A stretch of DNA of 64,000 bases from Flaccisagitta enflata. Lineage: Eukaryota. The position numbers and the translations under genes were made by a program. Of the stretch, positions 39,746 to 56,891 are shown in pieces; the stretch's first letter is position 1, and every line of letters starts with the position of its first letter. The notes below the pieces were generated by a model, which saw only the letters and a program-made list of their open reading frames with translations, was not told where the DNA came from and ran no database searches. The DNA lies in NCBI GenBank assembly GCA_965153355.1, contig OZ231126.1, positions 25,048,001 to 25,112,000 on the forward strand. Reading direction: 5' to 3'.

Positions 39746-41234
39746 GCCAGACCGGCGAAATATAATTCTAAAATAATGTAACTATATAATCCAACAAAGG
39801 AAATATATCGTTTTTCTTTCTTCGATTGATTTGTAAATGTGTCCTCATTAAATAACAATACAGGCGACACTCTAAAAAGGTAAGGAAACGACTGATCACA
39901 GGCCCCTGAGGCGAGCTCAGAGAGCATTAAAAAGGACTTTCTCTTATGTACCTAACTATATGTTACAGGGTGACACAAACAATTGAGGACCAAATATGAT
40001 TACAATTTCATCTGGCCAGTCAAACCGTATGAAACCGCTGTTTCTTCTTTAAAAAGTGTTAAGCTTGGATAAATGGATGAGCAATTGCCCGACTTACCCC
40101 CTTTAATTTTTTTTTTCAGTATTTTTTCTTGGTCCCGTGACGGAGAGCACGTCTCATCAATTTATAATCAGATTTTCGATTAATGCTAAAATAAACATCG
40201 TTCAAAAGGGGCCAACCACTTACCTATTGTTCGGATATGTTTTTCGTCAGTAGAGAAACTAGACATAATCTGGCGATGAAAGAATAGATGGAAGTGGGTA
40301 TCTGGAGTTATCAGATAATAGCAGCGTATTTGAAAGGAATCTACATTCTAACAACTTTATTCTTCATTCTTATTAAAATCCTCGATACGATTGTAAATAA
40401 TAGGACATGAATTTAGTATGAACAAAAAAAGGCATAAGGCAAAGATTGACAAAGGCGAAATTTCTGTGTGGCATATAAGCAATTCTATGACTTACTACGT
40501 CGGTCAATGAATTAGTCACTGTGTCGGTCCCTGTGTCTTTTGTTTGTTTCATTATCACCGTTGCCCAACGCTGCGAGTTTAAAACAAGGCGATTGTAAGT
40601 ACAGCTGTAAGATTATCAAAATTAATGTGTATTTTTTAATCAAAACAAGTGTGTATCTTTTTCGTTACTTTCTTTTTTTCATCATTTTCTTCTTTTTTTT
40701 TCTCTCCTTTTTTTCTGGAGGAAAGTCGCCTGGAACCTCAAAAGTCATTAATCAAAGAGGATTGCGATTTGATTCTGTCTCCAGCGAAATGGCAAAAAGG
40801 AAGGCAAAAGCAAAAAAAAAAAAAAAAAAAGAGGCTGAAGAAAGGCAATAAAAACGGAGAAGTGTTCAAAGCAAAAGGCAAAGGAGGAGGCGCTGTTGGG
40901 GGTGAGACAGAGGACGATGGGGGAAGGGGGGTTCAAAGTAAAGGGCAAAGGAGAGGGCGCTGGTAGGGTTGAGACAGTGTAACAATGGGGCCGAGGGGAG
41001 GAAAGGGTTCAAGGTTAAAGGCAAAGAAAAGGGCGCTGGTGTGAATGAAAGAGAGATTCGATGATAAGGAAAGAATGGTGGGGTGGAGAGAGATACTGGT
41101 CGGGTTATGTCGTCTTAGTTCTCGCAAAAGTGAAATAGATCTATAGGTGGGAAAATGAGGGCCTACAACGCGTCGGTTAGAATCATCTCCAATGCAAACA
41201 GTGGAGGTGAAATAGAGATTGGCTTATCACTGAC

Positions 41235-42126
<892 letters not shown>

Positions 42127-42991
42127 TCACTGACTGGTAAGAACTGTACAGACTGGTAAGCATATAAATGGTGAGAAATGGTGGGTTAGAAATGGTGGGA
42201 TGAAAGTGAGATTGGCTTTGTAGGTGCTATTATGGTTAGAATGGCTGCGTTAATGGAAAGATTGACACAGTGGGTGTTGGTAAAGTTAGAACGTAAGGGT
42301 TGAAATAGAGATTGGCTGATGGGAACTGGTAAGGTTAGGATGGATGAACCTTAATCTCAATACGTATTTTCCCATTTCACTCAAATCCAATAAGTTTCGT
42401 CGAGCATCACTTATTCATAAGGCATCATGTGTCGTCCTCTCTCCGTTCATGATTTTCTCTTTCCTCATAGTCATAAATCCTTTACGATTGATCCGGCCAC
42501 CCCTTCATCCTTTTGTTGCCCTACGATCGCCAATACCCCCTCCCAGCTACCAATCACTTTTTGCATCATACACTTCTCTTAGACGTCCCACTTTCTGCAA
42601 CCTTATCTTCTTACCATCTTCATGCCTCCTCTGCCCTTCTTCCCTATCCCTCCGGTAATTTCCTTCCCATCTCCTCCAACTTCATTCTTCCTTTTTCCTA
42701 ACATCCTCCATATCTTGCTTATACACCTCTTTCTGTTTCCTTTACCCTCGCCCCCTCATCTTTTACCATTTTTGTACACCCTTTACCCTACATCCTTTCT
42801 TACTTTGCCCTCATCCTTCCGCTTTCCACCATCTTTCACTGCCCTCCGCCCTCCATCCACTCTCTTTCTGCTATAACAAATGTTCAGTTCCGTTTCAGAT
42901 TGGGTGTTAATGGTCTTCTCCTATTGAACCCTGATTAGGCACATTCCAACCGGAGACCAAGAGACAGTGAGAGACACAGAGACAGAATGGG

Positions 42992-43214
<223 letters not shown>

Positions 43215-43235
43215 GACAGACAGAGACAGAGACAG

Positions 43236-43268
<33 letters not shown>

Positions 43269-44142
43269 GACAGAAAGAGTGACAGAAAGAGAGAGACCAG
43301 CCATGAGAAACATAGACGAAAAGACAACAAAATAAACGATGGCCTGACTTACAGCCAAGCTGATATGACTTACAGAAATAAGTGACTTTTGATTTTGTTT
43401 AGTCTTTTTCTTTTTTAAATTCTCCATTATATAGTTAGTTTAATTACTACAAAATGTTGCAGAATTCATAGAGACAAAACAACATGGCGGAAACATATTT
43501 CTTTTCCACCCGCATCAGAGACGGTAAGGGGACAGAAGCAGAGACGGTAAGGGGGATAGAAGTAGCCAATCCACTCCGTTATTATCTTCGAGTTGTGCCT
43601 CAATCATTCGGTGTCAGCATTGCGTTGTGGTCCCGATAGTCACTAAAGCCACCCCTGGAATCTATCCGACGAACCTTGCTGATAAGTGCCGGACTAGCAG
43701 ACCCTCTCTAGCGTGAGCAACGGATAAGAAGCAGATTTAGGTTCATCGAAAAAGAAACCTAGGCTAGGGTAGGGAGAAGAAAGGAAAACTACAAAAAAAG
43801 AGGAAAGAAGATGAGAGGTAAAGAAAGAGATCAGGAGCAACGACAGAAAGCAAAAGGAGAAGCATTCAAAACAAAATGGGAAAAGAAGAACTTGGGGAAC
43901 AAGGAAAGGAAGAAAAAGAAGAAGAAGAAGAAGAAGAAGAAGAAGAAGAAGAAGAAGAAGAAGAAGAAGAAGAAGAAGAAGAAGAAGAAGAAGAAGATGG
44001 AAAAGAAGAAGAAAAAGAAGAAAAAAGAAAAGAAAAAGAAAAAAAAAGAAAAGAAAAAGAAAAAAAAGAAGAAAAAAAGAGAAAAAGAAATAAAAGGAGG
44101 CAGTAGAGAAAGAAAAAGATAAATGCACAGAAAAAAAGTAAA

Positions 44143-44237
<95 letters not shown>

Positions 44238-44396
44238 AGAGAGAGAGCGCTGAGAGGATGTTGGCCCCCAGACGGCACTTTGTTGCGATACAGCACCCAC
44301 AGGCTTAATAAAACGCGCATGCATCTCAATGAAGGGGAAAAACGGTAAAGGGTGAGGAAGGGGCAGAGGAGATTTTAAAAGAAATTACAGAATGAA

Positions 44397-44486
<90 letters not shown>

Positions 44487-44924
44487 GACGACGGAGAGCA
44501 TTACATACCAACAATATGACAGACAACCAATACCAGTAACTCTGAGTAGGAGAGACACAGATGACAGAGTAGCACACAGATACTTCATTAGACACAGATA
44601 CTCATACACTTCACCTTGGAAGCAAAATTTCAAAATCAGGATAATTTTGATAATACATTAGCATTTCTAATAGTCGTTTTGGGCCGTGTACGCTTGATAC
44701 TCCGGACTGATGGATTGACGGACGGAGCAGCCTATCGACCAACCGATGGACCAACAGATGGGCGCAACCATCTCTAGAGTCGCGTGAATTCTTTTAAAAG
44801 ATTTTGATTTGTAGAAAATGGGCAAGACCATATCAAACAGAGCTAGAGTTCTGCTAGAATGGGCCAGGGCCTAGCTGGACAAAGCAAGGGCACTGCTGGA
44901 CAGAGCAAGGGCACCGCTGGAGTC

Positions 44925-45206
44925 CAGGGGTGTATATAATTGAGCGGCTTTTGATTTTATTCCCCCCCTCCCCGCCTTTGATTTCATTTTCCACGACGTG
45001 ACGCGTTGCATTACAAAATCAATGATTTTCTTCCTCACAGAGCAATAAAACAGTTTGAATAAAATAGTTTGAATAAAATAGTTTGAATACTGTTAAATTG
45101 TGTTGTAGTAATCAAATTTCAACTTTTGGTACTACCAAAATTTTTAAATCTTCAAATTTTTTTTTTCTTTTTTTCAAGGGGGAATACTCAACTTTATACA
45201 CGCCTG
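44925..45206. mobile_element. hAT-type MITE, inverted relative of 33298-33627
   Basis: CAGGGGTGTATAT ... TATACACGCCTG; internal sequence matches the 33.3-kb copy in reverse; TSD not clean. Confidence 0.7.
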
Positions 45207-45273
45207 CGCTGGACAGGGCAAGGGCATCACTGGATAAAGCAAAGGCATCGTGAATACTGGTGAACAGCGATTT

Positions 45274-45396
<123 letters not shown>

Positions 45397-45553
45397 GAAT
45401 GATGTTCATCATGATGCTCATGTTAAGTGTTGTCACTCATACTTGAATCTCATCCATCAGTTGGAATCTGATCAGTGTCATTTTAACATGTGACGTGTAT
45501 CCTATGGCTATGTATTGTTGTATGGCTACGTATTGTTGTTCGGTTGTCTAGCG

Positions 45554-45653
<100 letters not shown>

Positions 45654-45660
45654 AAATATT

Positions 45661-45864
45661 GACAAGGCTGTATATACGGCTACCGTAGTCGCATGCGGGT
45701 GGGCAGGAGCAGTGATAAAAAAGATTTGATTAAGCATTTTGACAGGAGCGAAAATGCAAAAACCACCCATTATCATCGAAAAATCAAAGTGTTACCATCC
45801 GACCAACCGACCATCCGACCGACCGATACAGCGGATTATAGAGTTGCATGCACTCGACTAAAAA
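45661..45864 (-). mobile_element. Family A HINE-like element
   Basis: ACAAGGCTGTATATACGGC ... (GACC)n ... GAGTTGCATGCACTCGACTAAAAA. Confidence 0.7.
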
Positions 45865-46503
45865 CTGGTTGATGGCCGACAGCACCTTAGTCCCAAGTCA
45901 CGTCGGTCCAATTCCATAGTCACATGACTGTCACTTGGATTCCATCCTCGTTAACTCTTACATTACGCGGACACGGTAAAGCCAGATAAGTGAATATCAA
46001 CAGTAAGATCACAGCAGAATGAGCAAGGATAAAATCCAAATATTGACTGAAGAACAAGCCCAGCTTCAGTTGTAATGCTTTCATAAGGACCACGTTAACG
46101 TCAGGCGCAGGCTTAAAAAGATATCATTGTATAAAAAGTACCATATCAGTAGCTTGGGCCTTGGCATTATATTGCATTATATGCAATCTATCAAATAAGT
46201 TGCATCGGCTTCGGCAAAAATGTCGTTCTAAGAAAAATTGAACGGTGTTATAAAACCAGGATGCAACTTCCTGATCGTGTGTCAACCGGAGTTGTTAATC
46301 GGTCCTAATGTGAGGATGGTAACGCGTTTTATCTCTTATAATCGACAAGGACCTTTCATAACTGCTAAATTGAGATAATTTTGCCTCGTGGAACAGCATT
46401 ACGGGGTGTTGCAGTTCAAATTCACCTTTATCCCACCTATATCCCACCCCCCTAATAGAATTAAGGGACTCAATTAGGGAGAATACGGACACCCTGGTTC
46501 CCC

Positions 46504-47166
46504 TTTTTTGGGCAGCGGCCCCGAAGGGGCTGATGACCTATGCTTTCACACAGGAGAAATTTCTCCCTTTTCTCCTTCAGTGTCCCCCCCCCCCATTGAG
46601 ACCCAAATCTTAGTCTCAAGGCCCAAATCTTAGCCTAGAGGCTCAAATCCCAGCCCCAAAGCTCAAATCCGAGCCTCAAAGCTCAAATCCCAGCCTCAAA
46701 GCTCAAATCCCAGTCTCGAGGCTCAAATGCCAGCCTTGAGGCTCAAATCCAGCCTCGAGGCTCAAATCTCAGCCTTGAGGCTCAAATCCCAGCCTCAAGG
46801 CTCAAACCCAAGCCTCAAAGCTCAAATCCCAGTCTCGAGGCTCAAATCCCAGCCTCAAGGCTCAAATGCCAGCCTCGAGGCCCAAATCCTGGTCTTGAGG
46901 CCCAAATCCTAGCCTCAAGGCTGAAATCTTAGCCTTAAAGCTCAAATCCCAGCCTTGAGGCTCAGCTATCAGCTTGAGGCTCTAATCCCAGCTGCAAGGC
47001 TCATATCCCAGCCTCCAGGCCCGAATTCCAGCCTTAAAGCTCAAATAAAAACAGCATAGGTCACCGGCCCCTTCGGGGCCGCTGCCCCTCTAACCACCTC
47101 ACACCAACATACACTCACATAGGGGCAACGGGTACCGCTGACCATCTAACGCTTTTGCGACTATTT
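46504..47166 (+). mobile_element. Family B HINE-like element with ~20 x 21-bp repeats
   Basis: TTTTTTGGGCAGCGGCCCCGAAGGGG with inverted copy at ~47055-47088; (GAGGCTCAAATCCCAGCCTC)-type units; GCGACTATTT end. Confidence 0.85.
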
Positions 47167-47690
47167 CAATTAGGTAAATTTTAACCAAATCTGGGCTGAG
47201 TTGGTGGTCCCGATCAATGCCAGAAGACAGCTCTAACATACCCTTCCCCTAAAATACTTATTATTTCTCGAAAATATTAAAACATGTTTTTTAAGATAGG
47301 AAATTATGATGCATTTAGTAAAAAGTATATGCCTAAGGAATTTTGATAGTGTTTCAAAAGACCATATTTTAGGTATGTATGTGTATGTAATGGAAGCTTA
47401 CACTATATAAATGTCCATATTATTTCCAGATTTTTTTTCAGTTTCTGTTTCCTTTTGATTAATTGTATGAGCTATATGAAGGATGAATTGTTGCACATGT
47501 CACTAAATAGAATCCCTTAAAAGGTGTGGCTTTTGTTCAACATGTCCAGAAAGATTCAGAAAAATTCCGTTTGGGTTTTTTGGAACGATAAAAGAGCAAT
47601 CTTAGGAAATTTACCTCTCACTGAGAGTCTCAGCTCCGAGCTTCTTACATATATTTCATTAGCCAGACTAGCGACGAATTCGTAAAAGGC

Positions 47691-49503
<1,813 letters not shown>

Positions 49504-49780
49504 TATGTCTATTAGTCCAACTGTCCGGTAGTTCATGATGATCGAGTCGAAAGTGTAAATCGCACATTTCCGCCCCCCTCCGCAGGGTCCGACAAAATTT
49601 TTAGCTGCCTACAAGCAGAATCTTTCAATAGAGTCCTGCCAACAAGAAAACCATGTTATGTTCGAAAGTTTTTTATGTGTTTCATGTACAGAAATATGAA
49701 TTCACAACAGTAGGAAAACTCCTGTAAGCCAAACTTTGATATTCCATTAAAAATCATTTTTATCATTTTTTCCACATTAT

Positions 49781-49993
49781 TTTTAATCGCGTGCTACGCG
49801 ACTCTACACCCTGCTATGTCGGTCCATTGGTCAGTTGGTTGGTTGGTTGGTTGGTTGGTCCCCTTTTTACTCTTTTGGCGTTTTTGAGCTTTTTGAGCAT
49901 ACAGCTCCTGCCCAGATGCCCTAGTGACCTTCTCCAGCACTGCTCCTGCCAACCGGCACGCAACTAGGGTAGCCTTGTATCCGGCCTTGTTTT
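49781..49993 (+). mobile_element. Family A HINE-like element
   Basis: TTTTAATCGCGTGCTACGCGACT ... GTATCCGGCCTTGTTTT. Confidence 0.8.
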
Positions 49994-51011
49994 CATACAT
50001 CTTTCTCACCTGCCAACAAAAATAGCAAGCTGCCTACGAGCTATGCTTGCGTGCTAGGTCACTTTGCCCTGCCCTGCCCCTCCGTGACTGATGTGGGAAC
50101 CTCTTGTATTTGTTCTCTAACTACATGCGCAACGATAGATAATGTTATTGTAATTATACCAAATGTTACGCTGGTGACGTTAAGTGGCAAAATTCTTTTT
50201 GTCTTAGTCTTATCTTATTTGAGAATCTAATTGAGCGAATCTACTCCGCTCGTTAGATGATCATGTGATGTATCGTCGATAAAATAACGAATGAGGACAG
50301 CAAATGAAGGGAGGATAAGGCCATTTATGTGTCCCTTGGATCAAATTTGAGTTCTTGACACTCGTTTTAACAAAAAAATGTCGTTATGTAACTACTATAA
50401 GCCTCATCAAATTAACCCCGGACAAAAAGCTTTTCCCATCAGCCTTTTTAAATAGACTTAAAGATCTTGCGTGCTCATGGCACCTAGCATATGAGGTGTC
50501 TTAGTTGGAGACTTTGAGTTTTGACGTTGACGTGGTACTTTTTAGCAGCTGACTGCGTGGAAAAAAAATGGGCAGCATATGAGACTTTGTAACAATCCAT
50601 TGTCAAATATCAAAACGAGGTGAAATTACACAAGGTCAAGGCTGAGTAAGTTTAAATCGTAAAACTTGTGCGTGACGGATCAACCAACAGAGCCACGGAA
50701 ATGGCCTTTTAATGACGGACGGACATCGATGATTTTTTGAATTTTTAATCACCGTATGTTAGTTTAAATTTCTTGAAAAATAATTGGCTCTCGCATTTAT
50801 AAAGACCTTGATCAATGATCGGAAAGAAAAGGGTTTTTTTTCGAGGTTGACACAGACCAAATCACTCAATAAAAGTGGTGCAAAGTGAAGCAAAACAAAA
50901 TTAAGAAAAAAAATCAATTTGAGTGGGACTTAGATACTCAAAACAAAATGTTGACAAAAAGCGCATTCATTTGTTTTTACTCCCTTTTCTCGCTGTTTCG
51001 TTGTTTACAAG

Positions 51012-51097
51012 CGGAAGTAATTCCTCTGTCCATCAGCGAGCCGAATAAAACAGTAACATGGAAAGAAGCGATAAGCGAATGTTGGGATCTTTATGAG
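51012..51097 (+). CDS. Internal exon of putative C-type-lectin-like domain gene
   Basis: Long pyrimidine tract plus AG, GAG|GTAACG donor, phase 1-0. EVIPLSISEPNKTVTWKEAISECWDLYE carries the TW.EA...C helix-1 motif. Confidence 0.6.
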
Positions 51098-51110
51098 GTA
51101 ACGACGTAGT

Positions 51111-51250
<140 letters not shown>

Positions 51251-51432
51251 CTGTTTTGATGTTCGCTGGTTTGTTTGTTTGTTTGTTTGTTTGTTTGTTT
51301 TACATTGGCCAGTCATCCTTGTCATGGATCCCCTTCTAACTGCTTGAATCTCATCCATAGGTTGGAATCTGATCACTGCCATTTTAACATGTGACATGTT
51401 AAAGCGTATCCTGTGGTTATGTACTGTTGTAT

Positions 51433-51565
<133 letters not shown>

Positions 51566-51597
51566 TGCCTCTCTGGGGTGGGTACCCTTAGTGCGAC

Positions 51598-51748
51598 TTT
51601 CTCACTGGAGGGAATTTTTTCTCACTAAAATTCCCTCCAGTGAGATTGATTTTCTGTCTCGCTAAAGGGAATTTTAGTGAGAAAAAATTCCCTCCAGTGA
51701 GACTGATCTTTTTCCCTCCAGTGAGACTAATTTTTCCCTCTAGTGAGA
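51598..51748. repeat. Palindromic CTCACTGGAGGGAA repeat cluster; related inverted cluster at 63345-63572
   Basis: TCTCACTGGAGGGAATTTT / AAAATTCCCTCCAGTGAGA repeated in both orientations at both sites. Confidence 0.7.
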
Positions 51749-51834
51749 AAGGAAAAAAGGAAAGAGAAAAAGAAAAAAGAAAAGGGAATGTAAGAGAGTA
51801 GAATAAGAAGAGAGAGAAAGAGAAAAAAAAGAAA

Positions 51835-51911
<77 letters not shown>

Positions 51912-52579
51912 CAGAAAAAGTTTTTATAACCATGGCAAAAAAAAACAAACTAGACATGGCGGTTTTTTATACCTTTGACTGGCTCAGTCTCAATGAAAAT
52001 ATAGGTTAATGTCGAGCTTCGGCATGCGAGGGAGATGGTGAAAGGGTCAATCTTCAAGTCAAATGAACATGATGAATATTTGGTATCATCAAAAGTTCTT
52101 GATACATGTACTTGAATAAGAAAGCTGAATTTTCTTATCTAATCTGTCGATCGTTTCATTTCTACATCGAAGACAGGGACTATTTGAATTTTATGGGCAG
52201 CTGTTCTCATGAAAATCGTGAACAAAATAGCAATCTGAACAGCAGAGCCAGATTTCTGCTGCTCATTTCATTCTCGAGCAGACGAATCAACGAGGCTACG
52301 GTCGTTGCTGGTTGGAGATAAAAAATATATATATCAATGAAGCGAGTCTGTTCTCTGACTAAAGGCGTCATCGACATTCGTCTCCGTGTAGACATCATCT
52401 CGTTTCAGCGGATGTGCTTGATACACTGATGTCCCAGACCGCTGGGTATTTAGACTTTCTTGGTGTTAATCGTCGGAATCTTCGCACTGCCTGGGCTTAA
52501 TTAAAAGTGTCACTCGGCGATCGGCACACCTGGTATGACCATGACCGTGTATCTTTTCCTTCTCAATTTTGAGATGTCA

Positions 52580-52998
52580 TAGCGAGGGGGCAGCCGAGAG
52601 CGAGGGGGAAGCCGAGAGCAAGCGGGAAGCCGAGAGCAAGCGGGAAGCCGAGAGCAAGCGGGAAGCCGAGAGCAAGCGGGAAGCCGAGAGCAAGCGGGAA
52701 GCCGAGAGCAAGGGGGAAGCCGAGAGTGAGGGTTGAGGGGAAAGCTGAGAGCGATGGTCAAGGGGGAATCTGAGAGCGAGGGCAGATTCAAGGCCTGAGA
52801 GGGCAGATTTCAGGCCTGAGAGGGCAGATTTCAGGCCTGAGAGGGCAGATTTCAGGCCTGAGAGGGCAGATTTTAGGCCTGAGAGGGCAGATTTCAGGCC
52901 TGAGAGGGCCTGGGGGGGACGAACGAACAAACGGATAAACAAACGAAAGTCCCCTGTGTTCTACAGGACTTCGTTCCCTTCGGGGCCGCTGCCCAAAA
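52580..52998 (-). mobile_element. Partial family B element with 21-bp array adjoining an 18-bp array (GCGGGAAGCCGAGAGCAA)n
   Basis: CCTGTGTTCTACAGGAC..CGGGGCCGCTGCCCAAAA end; near-perfect 21-mer and 18-mer units. Confidence 0.75.
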
Positions 52999-53365
52999 GG
53001 GGAGTGAGGGCAAATGAGAGCAAAAGGGAAGCAAAGGGAAGCGAGGGGAAACGAGAGCAAAGGAAAGTGGGGGGGGGGGGGAAACGAGAACAAAATAGGC
53101 TTATCTAGCTTGCTCTCTCATCCAACTCCCATTCTTGTTCTTTTTGTCTCACAGCATCAACCAACTGTCACCGAAAATGTTCGTCAGCAACTCCTGAACT
53201 TCGCGGCTCGACATGAGAAAGTTTAACTTCAGTTGCAGTCATCTTGGGCTCAAGATTGAAGCATCCGTCAGCATCTATTCAGCCTGACTCAGCACCAGGT
53301 GTGTCAATGTTGTGTTTGTCTAGTCTTGAGGGGGAAAATTAATATGCATAATGTCTCATAGGCTA

Positions 53366-53881
53366 CTTGGGTGCTTCACATAGCAAAAGTTGGTTATGTC
53401 TTTTTACCCTTTTTACCTGATATGAAGTAGTCAATTTAAAAAATTTTACCTTCTTTTTTTTTTACAAAAAATTATTTATCTTGTTTTTTGGTAATTTAGT
53501 TTTGAGGATTTAATTTATATGATTTAGTGGCATAAATCAATGAGCTGAAAATTTTTGAATTAGTTAATATTAATTTCTTTTTTTTTATACAATTATTATT
53601 TTCTTTTTAAGTAAGTTCTTTTATAATTCATATTTTAACATTTTTGTCTATTCTCACAAATACTATGATTTTTTAAAACAAATCATATTCCTTTCAGTAA
53701 TATAACTACACAGGATATTGCCAATTTTAGGGATTTGTGTGGGAATTTAAAGGTCAAAACAAAAACAGAAAAAGGGATTTTGAAAAAAACAAGAATGATC
53801 ATCTTCATAATTTTTATTTCTCGATATTACTTGAATACGGTGAAGGTATACTCCAAAATTTTGCTAGTTGACGCACCCAAA
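53366..53881. mobile_element. TA-TSD MITE
   Basis: TA|CTTGGGTGCTTCACATAGCAAAA ... TTTTGCTAGTTGACGCACCCAAA|TA. Confidence 0.6.
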
Positions 53882-53883
53882 TA

Positions 53884-54579
53884 CACTTTTTTTTTTATAT
53901 AAGCACCTCGTTTATAAGCACGCTTAGCCTCAGATATTGGGAAAATTTAAGCACATTGCTAAGCACGCTCCAGGCTGAGATTTTCAATTTGAAAAAAAAA
54001 TTTTGGTGGATTCCCAAAAATATGCCAATTTTGAAATATTTTTGGTTGGAATTTCACAAAAACCAATGGAAACTTTGATAGAAATTAAAACTATCTAAAA
54101 TATCAATCTGTTAGCACATTCAGGATTTTGAATTTTTAATGATATTTAAAAACATTATTGCTTAGATATTATTGTTAATGAGTATTTATTGCTGTAAGAA
54201 AGACCACCAAAAAAGAATGATATATCGTGATATTAAATAACACTAATACCTAAAAAAGTTTATACTAATTCAAGATACTAATCTCATCCCAGGGTTTATA
54301 TAAAAGTAGGGCAACGTCAATGAAATATACTATATATTTTTTATACAAAATATATTCATTACTGTATTTTATACTATACTTTATTCTATACTATACAATA
54401 CTCTATGCTATACTGTTTTTATACCCTCCTGTGTACATTGTTCTATACTGAATAAGATAATTACTTACCGTTAAATGATAAGCACGCATTTAAGCACATT
54501 TCAGCCTCAAAAATGAGATTTTGCTAAGCACGCTCAGCCTCAGCCACAAAAAGTGCGTGCTTATAAAAGAAAAAAAGTG
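53884..54579. mobile_element. TA-TSD MITE with TAAGCAC subterminal repeats
   Basis: TA|CACTTTTTTTTTTATATAAGCAC ... GTGCTTATAAAAGAAAAAAAGTG|TA. Confidence 0.75.
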
Positions 54580-55023
54580 TAGGTTACTATGTGCGAGCAT
54601 TTTAAAACAACATGTGATTTTGTTCTCAGGAGTGACTACAAGCTGAATATTGTGCACATCTCGTCTCCCGTCCATTCCAAATCGCGATCACGAGCAGAAT
54701 CAACTGAAAGTTTCTTTTCAATTTCTTCCGCATCGGCCATTCTCTCTGATATGAAGGTGAGTCTAGTTCTCTCTTATATTCATGAGTGATCGAAAAATGT
54801 TCCGCCTGTCTCAGATCTCTCTATTTCTCTTTCTTTTTCTCTCTCTCACATGGAGACAAGATTCATATTTACACGGAGACATGATACACATACACACAAT
54901 GACATGATACACATATACACAAAGACATGTACAGGGGGTTCGCTGCAGGAACACCAACCCTGACATCAGGGTGAGCCGAACAGATAGTGTAATTATATAT
55001 CTATTAATTAACATTATCATTAG

Positions 55024-55584
55024 CAGGCCCGGCCAGAGGGGGGTCAACCCAATCTAAGAAGGGGGCCCGGGCCCCTGAGATAAGAGAGGAAAAAAAGAAA
55101 AAGAAAAGAAGTGAAAAGAAGAAAAAGAAGAAAAGAGAAAAAAAAAAAATAGAATCGAAATGGGAGGTAATTTGTCTCTTTCATTTGAGACCAATGTAGC
55201 ATCTGTGGTTTAAATCCTTTTAACATTAGAACAACACAAAAAGAAACTGCTAAGATGAAAAAAGTCAGTAATCAAGCTCAAACTGTAATTGTTCATTTTA
55301 CTTTAAACTGATGTTATGAACAAATTATTCAACTCAGACCCATAGAATTTTGATACAAAAAATGTTAAGCATAGTACTCTAAGAAAAAAATGATTTCAGA
55401 TCAAGTAGTAAAAGTTTGATACTTTTTTGCATTTGACAAAAATCATCCTGTATATAGAATCTATATAATAAATAGATAAAGACATTTTGAAGAGTTTGTA
55501 TAAAGAGGGGGGGGGGGTCAAGGGGCTAGGGGGCCTGGGCAGGGGGGTCAGAGGGGGGACCCGCCATTTCTCTGGCCGGGCTTG
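55024..55584. mobile_element. hAT-type MITE
   Basis: CAGGCCCGGCCAGAG ... CTCTGGCCGGGCTTG; flanks ATCATTAG / CTCATTAC (6 of 8). Confidence 0.75.
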
Positions 55585-56891
55585 CTCATTACCCCTTAAC
55601 CAACTCTAAGACAGACAAAGTTTAAAAATTTTGAACTGTCCCTCGACTCTAGAAGATTCCTGCTCCATTTGTCTATGGTTCAGCTGTCTCCCTTCTCATG
55701 ACAAATCCTATCGTTGTCTGTGACATTGTGATCGTGATCTTGAACTCGAGCCCAATCCTACTTTAAACTAAACTAATTCATCATCCAAAGCACCACCTTT
55801 GGAACTCAGTCATCATCCACTATTTCCATGTTTTTTTCCCACATGTGTCCACTACAACGCATCACCACAGGTCAACCACAAATCCGAGGTCGTCCATCAC
55901 CCTCGGGACACGCTCAGGACGTCCGTCTGCAGCACCACGATTTTCCATTACATCCCCAGCCGTCCAACAGCTCGTTGTAGAACCCTACTTGACTGCAAGG
56001 CTTCACAACCTCACAGGCGGCATTGTACATTTCGGATGACAACGCCTCACGCCCAAACGACTCAACTTTAGGCCGTCAAACGCAAAAATCAAGTTGACCC
56101 CATTGAGGAGTACGTGACCAATTGTTCATCTCGTCCATCACGTGTCTCCTGCGCCTTGTCATCGCGACCTTCACGACGTCCACAACGACCGCCGATCGCG
56201 CCGACTTTAAAACGTTCTCGAACGCTGGAATCTTCACCAGTCATCGTGAAATTTGGTATACATGTGTATCACATCTAAAGTATCCAGTCTCAAGACGACC
56301 CTCCTCGACCGACAAACGGCTCGTCCACTCAAAAGATCGGGCTCAACAAACCGCCGCCCGCCGCGACTAGCAACGTTCTCGAACGTCGCCATCGCGCCTC
56401 AGCTCCGTGAAAACTTGTAGGAATGTACATCAGTACCTCGACTATCATCTCCCTTCACGGCACAGCCCATCTTGATCGCCAAGTAGTCCTTCGACGCGAC
56501 TTTCAAACGCCTTCGACGAACCGCCGCAAAGCTCAACTTTGAAACATTATTTCACAGTGGGCCTTAATGGGATATGAGTTAAAAAAATCCCCGATAGTAG
56601 TGACTTGATTAAATTGATAAAATTCATAGTGGAAAATTGATATTGATCCTTAAAAAAAAATTTCTCTTGAAAATTTTTGCATAAATAACTAAAACATTTT
56701 GAATTTTTCAAATATTTGATATAGAACTTTAAGACTAATGTGTTATGTATTTCCGATTCAAAAATCATATTCCTGGTAGAATTTCCAATTACTTGATATT
56801 ACTATATATTTTCATTAAAAGATAAAATTTTCATTTTTTTTTTTGCCATTGATATAAAGAAAGTAATAGTAGCCTAAAATATGAAAATCAT

